DNA of 64,000 bases from Macrostomum lignano (Eukaryota). Within the stretch, counting starts at the first letter, position 1. Each line of letters starts with the position of its first letter. Shown here piece after piece: positions 58,216-64,000 of the stretch. The stretch lies in NCBI GenBank assembly GCA_002269645.1, contig NIVC01001758.1, positions 236,660 through 300,659 on the forward strand, in the 5' to 3' direction. The notes under the pieces are model-generated. The model searched no databases, had not been told where the DNA came from, and saw only the letters and a program-made list of their open reading frames with translations. The position numbers were made by a program, and so were the translations under genes.

Positions 58216-58619
58216 GAGTAATAGTATGTCGTAAAATTTTAAAGGTGTTATACTTTGTGTGCACGTCTTCATGAATACAGCATTTACTGCCATGTCTTAT
58301 ATAGATTTTTTATCACTTGAATTAAAATCAAATTTTGCGCATGCTTTCATTCTGTTGCATGATGTGTAGTAACTGCTACTAGTAATAAAATATATCATTT
58401 TAAAGATTTTCCGTTTTATTGGTTGATTGCTAGCGAGTAATTATCACTCTTCTATGCAGTGTAGATTTCAATAGTAAAATATGCGATAGCATTTTTCTCT
58501 TCTCCTTTTCATTGAGGCTATAGTTCAAATGAAACTAGCTGGAGTTAGTACACAAAATCAAACTCCATGGATTCAGGATATGGAGGTCTGTCCGTAAGAC
58601 AGAGCTGTAATCGAAAATA

Positions 58620-59370
58620 GGACTGGGACCTACAGTCGGAACCCATGACCTACAGTCAGGACCTAGGACCTACAGTCGGAATCTAGGACCTACAGTCGGG
58701 ATCTAGGACCTACAGTCGGGACCTAGGACGTACAGTTGGGATCTAGGACCTACAGTCGGGACCTAGGACGTACAGTTGCGATCTAGGACCTACAGTCGAG
58801 ATCTAGGACCTACAGTCGGGACCTAGGACCTACGGTGGGGATCTAGGACCTACAGTCGGGATCTAGGACCTACGATGGGGATCTAGGACCTACAGTCGGG
58901 ACCTAGGACCTACGGTGGGGATCTAGGACCTACAGTTGGGATCCAGGACCTACAGTCGGGACCTAGGACCTACAGTCGGGACCTAGGACCTACGGTGGGG
59001 ACCTAGGACCTACAGTCGGGACCTAGGACCCACGGTGGGGATCTAGGACCTACAGTCGGGACCTAGGACCTAAAATCGGGACCTAGGACCTACAGTCGGG
59101 ACCTAGGACCTACGGTGGGGACCTAGGACCTACAATCGGGACCTAGGACCTACAGTCGGGACCTAGAACCTACAGTCGGGACCTAGGACCCACGGTGGGG
59201 ATCTAGGACCTACAGTCGGGACATAGGACCTACAGTCGGGATCTAGGACCTACAGTCGGGACCTAGGACCTACAGTCGGGACCTTGGACCTACGGTGGGG
59301 ATCTAGGACCTACAGTCGGGACCTAGGACCTACAGTCGGGACCTAAAACCTACGGTGGGGATCTAGGACA
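58620..59370. repeat. 20-bp minisatellite GGACCTAC(AGTC/GGTG)GGGA(C/T)CTA, upstream of UAP1
   Basis: About 37 copies. A GTAAGA donor-like site at about 58593 suggests the array lies in a 5'UTR intron. Confidence 0.95.
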
Positions 59371-59434
59371 GCCTGAGTTTATCAAGTCGCGAATCGATGA
59401 TTGCTAAAACTTGCATGCGCAAAGTCCATCGAGC

Positions 59435-61959
59435 ATGTCAGCAGCAGCAGCCGATGCCTCCTCGGACGAAGCCAGACTCGAACGAGTCCGCCGCCAACTG
59501 TCCGACGCCGGCCAGCTGCACCTCCTTGACGGCTGGCCGAGCCTATCCGGCGAGCAGCGGGTTCGGCTGCTTCGTCAACTCGAACGAATCGACTGGCCGG
59601 GCTTGTCCGCCGCTGTCCGAGCTGTCATGTCCGGCCAGCCGCCGCGACTTGGCGAAGGCTATGCGCCGCCTCCGGCCTCGGTTTGCGCCGGGCCTGGCGG
59701 ACCGAGGGACTCCGAGCTGAGAGCCGCTGGTCTGGCCGCCGTGGCCGAGGGACGCGTGGGTCTGGTGCTGGTTGCTGGGGACAGGTGAGATTATTTAATT
59801 ACTTAGGGACAGGTGAGATTTTTTGTTTGCTGGGGGACAGGTGAGATTGATTGGTTGCTGGGGACAGTTGAGATTGATTGGTTGCTGGGGACAGGTGAGA
59901 TTGTTTGGTTGCTGGGGGAATTAGTGAGATTGGTTCTGGGAGAATTGGTGAGATTTTCTGGTTGCTGGGGGACAGGTGAGTGAGATTGATTGGTTGCTGG
60001 GGACAGGTGAGATTGTTTGGTTGCTGGGGACAGTTGAGATTGATTGGTTGCTGGGGACAGGTGAGATTGTTTGGTTGCTGGGGAATTAGTGAGATTGGTT
60101 CTGGGAGAATTGGTGAGATTTTCTGGTTGCTGGGGGACAGGTGAGTGAGATTGATTGGTTGCTGGGGACAGGTGAGATTGTTTGGTTGCTGGGGAATTAG
60201 TGAGATTGGTTCTGGGAGAATTGGTGAGATTTTTTGGTTGCTGGGGGACAGGTGAGTGAGATTGATTGGTTGCTGGGGACAGGTGAGATTGTTTGGTTGC
60301 TGGGGGAATTGGTGAGATTGTTTGGTTGCTGGGGGAATTGGTGAGATTGTTCGGTTGCTGGGGGACAGGTGAGTGAGATTATTGGTTGCTGGGTGGCGGG
60401 TGAAATTGATTGGCTTCAGACCAAAAAGAAAATGGGTTGGTGTCGGCTTGTTGCGTTTCTATGGCAACATATGGAGCAATAATAGGTATTGTACTCTTCG
60501 CTTAATCCGTTTGATAACCCGTCGAATTGGTCTCACTCTAGTTGCTATGGTTGTAGTACTGTGCAACGGTTGCTATGGCAACAACTACAATTCGATTTAT
60601 CATTTATCAGTACAATGGAGTGGTTAAATTTCTTAGCAACTGGTTGCTACGGGAGGATACTACTTCAAACACTTATCTTACAAACGATCTTGTTTCCCTA
60701 ATCCTGCCAGGCCACCCGCCTCGGCGCCACCGGCCCCAAAGGCGGCCTACAATGTCGGCCTGCCCAGCGGCAAGTCTCTGTTCCAGTTGCACGCCGAGAA
60801 GCCCTTCGAGTGGAAGCCATGGCCGCGCGGGCCCGGCCGCATAGCTTGGTACGTGATGACCTCGGACAGCACTGGACGGGCACAGAGGCTCTGTTCCGCG
60901 CGCGGCTGCTTCGGTCTCCGGCCGGATTGTGTCAGATTCTTTGAACAAGGCCGGTGCCATGCGTGGACACCGACGGGCGCGCGTTGATGGCCGGACCGGA
61001 CGCTGTCCAGACTAGTCCGGACGGAAACGGCGGGCTTTATAGGGCATTAAGAGAGTCGCGCCCTGGCCGACATGCGACGCCGGGGTATCGCCTGCCTGCA
61101 GGTTTAGAGAGCCTATTGCATGCATTGCTGGATGTGGATGGGAGCTTTGAAGGAGAGGGAGCTTTCAAGATCGGTGGGAAGATTGTGAGATTGGTAGATA
61201 GATTAGAAGATTAGTAGTTATATCGATAGATGAGTTAGAATATCGGTAGACGGTAGTTATATCGGTAGATGGGTTAGAAGATCGGTATTATATTAGAAAA
61301 TCGTTGGTAGATTGTTAGATGGGTTAGAAGATGGGTAGTTAGATGTTAGATGAGCTAGAGATCTGTAGTTAGATGAATTAGAAGATCGGTAGTTAGATCG
61401 TAGATAGGTTAGAAGATTTGTACTAGTTCTAGTTAGATTAAATTAGAAGATCAACAGTTATATCAGTAGATGGATTAGAAAATCGGCAGTTAGATCGGAG
61501 ATGGATTAGAAGATTTTTAGTTGGATTAGAAGATCGTAAATCGCAATAATGCTAATTTGAGTAGCATACCTCATAACTGTCATCAGGTATTCGGCGTTGA
61601 CAATATCCTCACACGAGTAGCCGACCCTCTATTTATTGGCCACTGCCTATTAGAGCGCGTCTCTATGGCTGCTAAAGTAGTTGAGCGCACCGGCCAGAGG
61701 AGAGAGTAGGCGTCGTGGCCGCCGACACGGCCTCCGGTGGCTACCGGGTGTTGAGTACTCGGAGATGAGGCCGGAGGATGCGCGGCCTAGGGAGCCCGAC
61801 GGTCAGCGGCTGCTGATGCGTGCGGCCAATATCTGCCAGCACTATTTCACGTTGGAATCGTTAGAATCCGTCTGTCAGGCCTGAGAATGAGGTTAGACTG
61901 TTACCTTATCATGCGGCAAGAAGAAGGTGCCTTATTGGGATGCTAATGCTGGTCAGATG
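59435..61959 (+). CDS. UAP1: UDP-N-acetylhexosamine pyrophosphorylase (UAP1-like), incomplete, with many single-base frameshifts. Exons 59435-59784, 60711-61101, 61587-61959, later exons not found in the window
   Basis: In shifting frames: [18 protein letters not shown](GQ)[80 protein letters not shown] and KKVPY. It may be a real pseudogene or an assembly-error-laden functional gene. Confidence 0.8.
59768..60375 (+). repeat. Minisatellite whose unit is the UAP1 exon1/intron1 junction (GGTTGCTGGGG(G)ACAG|GTGAGATTG..)
   Basis: 12 copies of ACAGGTGAG, counting the genuine donor at 59781-59789. Confidence 0.93.
61190..61530. repeat. Degenerate GTTAGAAGATCGGTAGTTAGAT-type repeat, in UAP1 intron 2
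   Basis: Imperfect tandem copies. Confidence 0.75.
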
Positions 61960-62089
61960 GTGAGTTTTTTGCTATGGTAATTTGTGTTGCAGTTGCGATT
62001 AATGGTTGCTAGGGCCTATTTTTAGCTATTATGCTGCACAATCGGTTAATTGTTGCAAAGATCTACACTACAGGACCTGATGCAGTTGA

Positions 62090-63460
62090 TTAATTGTTGC
62101 TACGCTCGTAAGGTCCACAGGTCCATGATGCAGTTGGTTGATTGTTGCTAAGGTCACAGGTCCATGATGCAGTTGGTTGATTGTTGCTAAGGCTACAGGT
62201 CCATGATGCAGTTGGTTGATTGTTGCTAAGGTCTACAGGTTCATCATGCAGTTGGTTGATTGTGCTAAGGTCTACAGGTTCATGATGCAGTTGGTTGTTA
62301 CTAAGGTCTACAGGACCATGATGCAGTTGGTTGTTACTAAGGTCTACAGGACCATGATGCAGTTGGTTAAATGGCTAAGGTCTACAGGCTCATCAGTGCA
62401 GTTGGTAAATTGTTGCTAAGGTCTACAGGACTGATGGCAGTTGGTTGTTACTAAGGTCTACAGGACCATGATGCAGTTGGTTGTTACTAAGGTCTACAGG
62501 ACCATGATGCAGTTGGTTAAATGTTGCTAAGGTCTACAGGACCATGATGCAGTGTTGGTAAATTGTTGCTAAGGTCTACAGGACCATGATGCAGTTGGTA
62601 AAATTGTTGCTAAGGTCTACAGGACCATGATGCAGTTGGTTGTTACTAAGGTCTACAGGACCATGATGCAGTTGGTTAAATGTTGCTAAGGTCTACAGGA
62701 CATGATGCAGTTGATAATGTTGCTAAGGTCTACAGGACCATGATGCAGTTGGTAAATTGTTGCTAAGGTCTACAGGACCATGATGCAGTTGGTAAATGTT
62801 GCTAAGGTCTACAGGACCATGATGCAGTTGGTTGATTGTTGCTAAGGTCTACAGGACCATGATGCAGTTGGTAAATTGTTGCTAAGTCTACAGGACCATG
62901 ATGCAGTTGGTTGTTACTAAGGTCTACAGGACCATGATGCAGTTGGTTAAATGTTGCTAAGGTCTACAGGACCATGATGCAGTTGGTAAATTGTTGCTAA
63001 GGTCTACAGGACCATGATGCAGTTGGTTGATTGTTGCTAAAGGTCTACAGGACCATGATGCAGTTGGTAATTGTTGCTAAGGTCTTACAGGACCATGATG
63101 CAGTTGGTTGTTACTAAGGTCTACAGGACCATGATGCAGTTGGTTAAATGTTGCTAAGGTCTACAGGACCATGATTCAGTTGGTAAATTGTTGCTAAGGT
63201 CTACAGGACCATGATGCAGTTGGTAAATTGTTGCTAAGGTCTACAGGACCATGATGCAGTTGATAATTGTTGCTAAGGTCTACAGGACCATGATGCAGTT
63301 GGTTGATTTTGCTAAGGTCTACAGGACCATGATGCAGTTGGTTGATTGTTGCTAAGGTCTACAGGACCATGATGCAGTTGGTTGATTGTTGCTAAGGTCT
63401 ACAGGACATGATGCAGTTGGTAAATTGTTGCTAAGGTCTACAGGACCATGATGCAGTTAG
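62090..63460. repeat. 36-38 bp minisatellite GGTCTACAGGACCATGATGCAGTTGGT..TTGTTGCTAA, downstream of UAP1 exon 3
   Basis: More than 30 copies, many with single-base deletions. Confidence 0.95.
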
Positions 63461-64000
63461 CATATTCTGTCTACTGGGTTGTTAGCCGAACAAATGAACG
63501 GCAAAAAGCGTTAAAAAGAAAGCGTGCGTCCAAATGCAGTTTATCATTCGCAAGTACTTCGAAGCTCTCGTTGAACTGGCCGCGTTGGCGTCAGGTAGTA
63601 CCGCAAACTTCGTTGAACAATGGTCGTTGTCTGCCAGTGTCCTCAATGACGGCACATAACTTTTGTGGGACAACTTTCTGCGGCCAATGTCTTTCTCTAT
63701 GCAATTCACCAACTTCTTGTCACGGACTACTTAAGTAGAAGGATGTGACGCGCAAAAATGTGCAAATTTTATTGGTAGGCTGATTATTTAAGTTTATAAT
63801 CGACATGATGACGCAGTGCACATGTAATCTCATGACAGCATGTCGTCCGCTCAAAAACGCTAAGGCATGTATTTATTAGAAAATAGTAAAAGCAACGTAC
63901 AATATTAAATATTCAAAAAACATTTTATTTTATTTTATTTTATAAAAATAAAACGTGGAACATAAAACACGAAACATAAACATAAACATAAATCATAAAA

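Noticed and set aside
63448-63740. ORFs after the last minisatellite as the next UAP1 exon
   Set aside because: No frame contains the expected PNGIK.EKF.FD or EF.PLKN motifs. The sequence is unassigned, possibly TE-derived.

Overview
This is eukaryotic (metazoan invertebrate) genomic DNA with GT-AG introns and the standard genetic code. The GC/CpG-rich exons and minisatellite-filled introns resemble a free-living flatworm such as Macrostomum, but the organism is an inference. Seven protein-coding genes were reconstructed by hand across splice junctions: the 3' part of axonemal dynein heavy chain DNAH7 (+), SIRT1 (-), DNAJC12 (+, head-to-head with SIRT1), a CCR4/CNOT6-type deadenylase with no visible LRR domain (-), ARPC1 (+), a DNAJC4-like J-protein (+) and a frameshift-riddled UAP1 (+, incomplete). 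The window also holds an initiator tRNA-Met gene with an acceptor-stem mismatch, two tRNA-derived SINE families, three Merlin-type DNA elements, a hAT-type non-autonomous element with a perfect 8-bp TSD, and about 20 tandem arrays, nearly all private to one intron. The most notable observations are the SIRT1-DNAJC12 divergent pair (also adjacent in human), the LRR-less CCR4, an orphan duplicate of a CCR4 exon diverged almost only at synonymous sites, sharply bounded CpG-depleted domains with AGGCCTA clusters at their 5' edges and recurrent stop codons of TAG type, and a minisatellite built from a splice-donor junction. No CRISPR array or prokaryote-type system is present. All coordinates and counts were obtained by eye, with no database searches.
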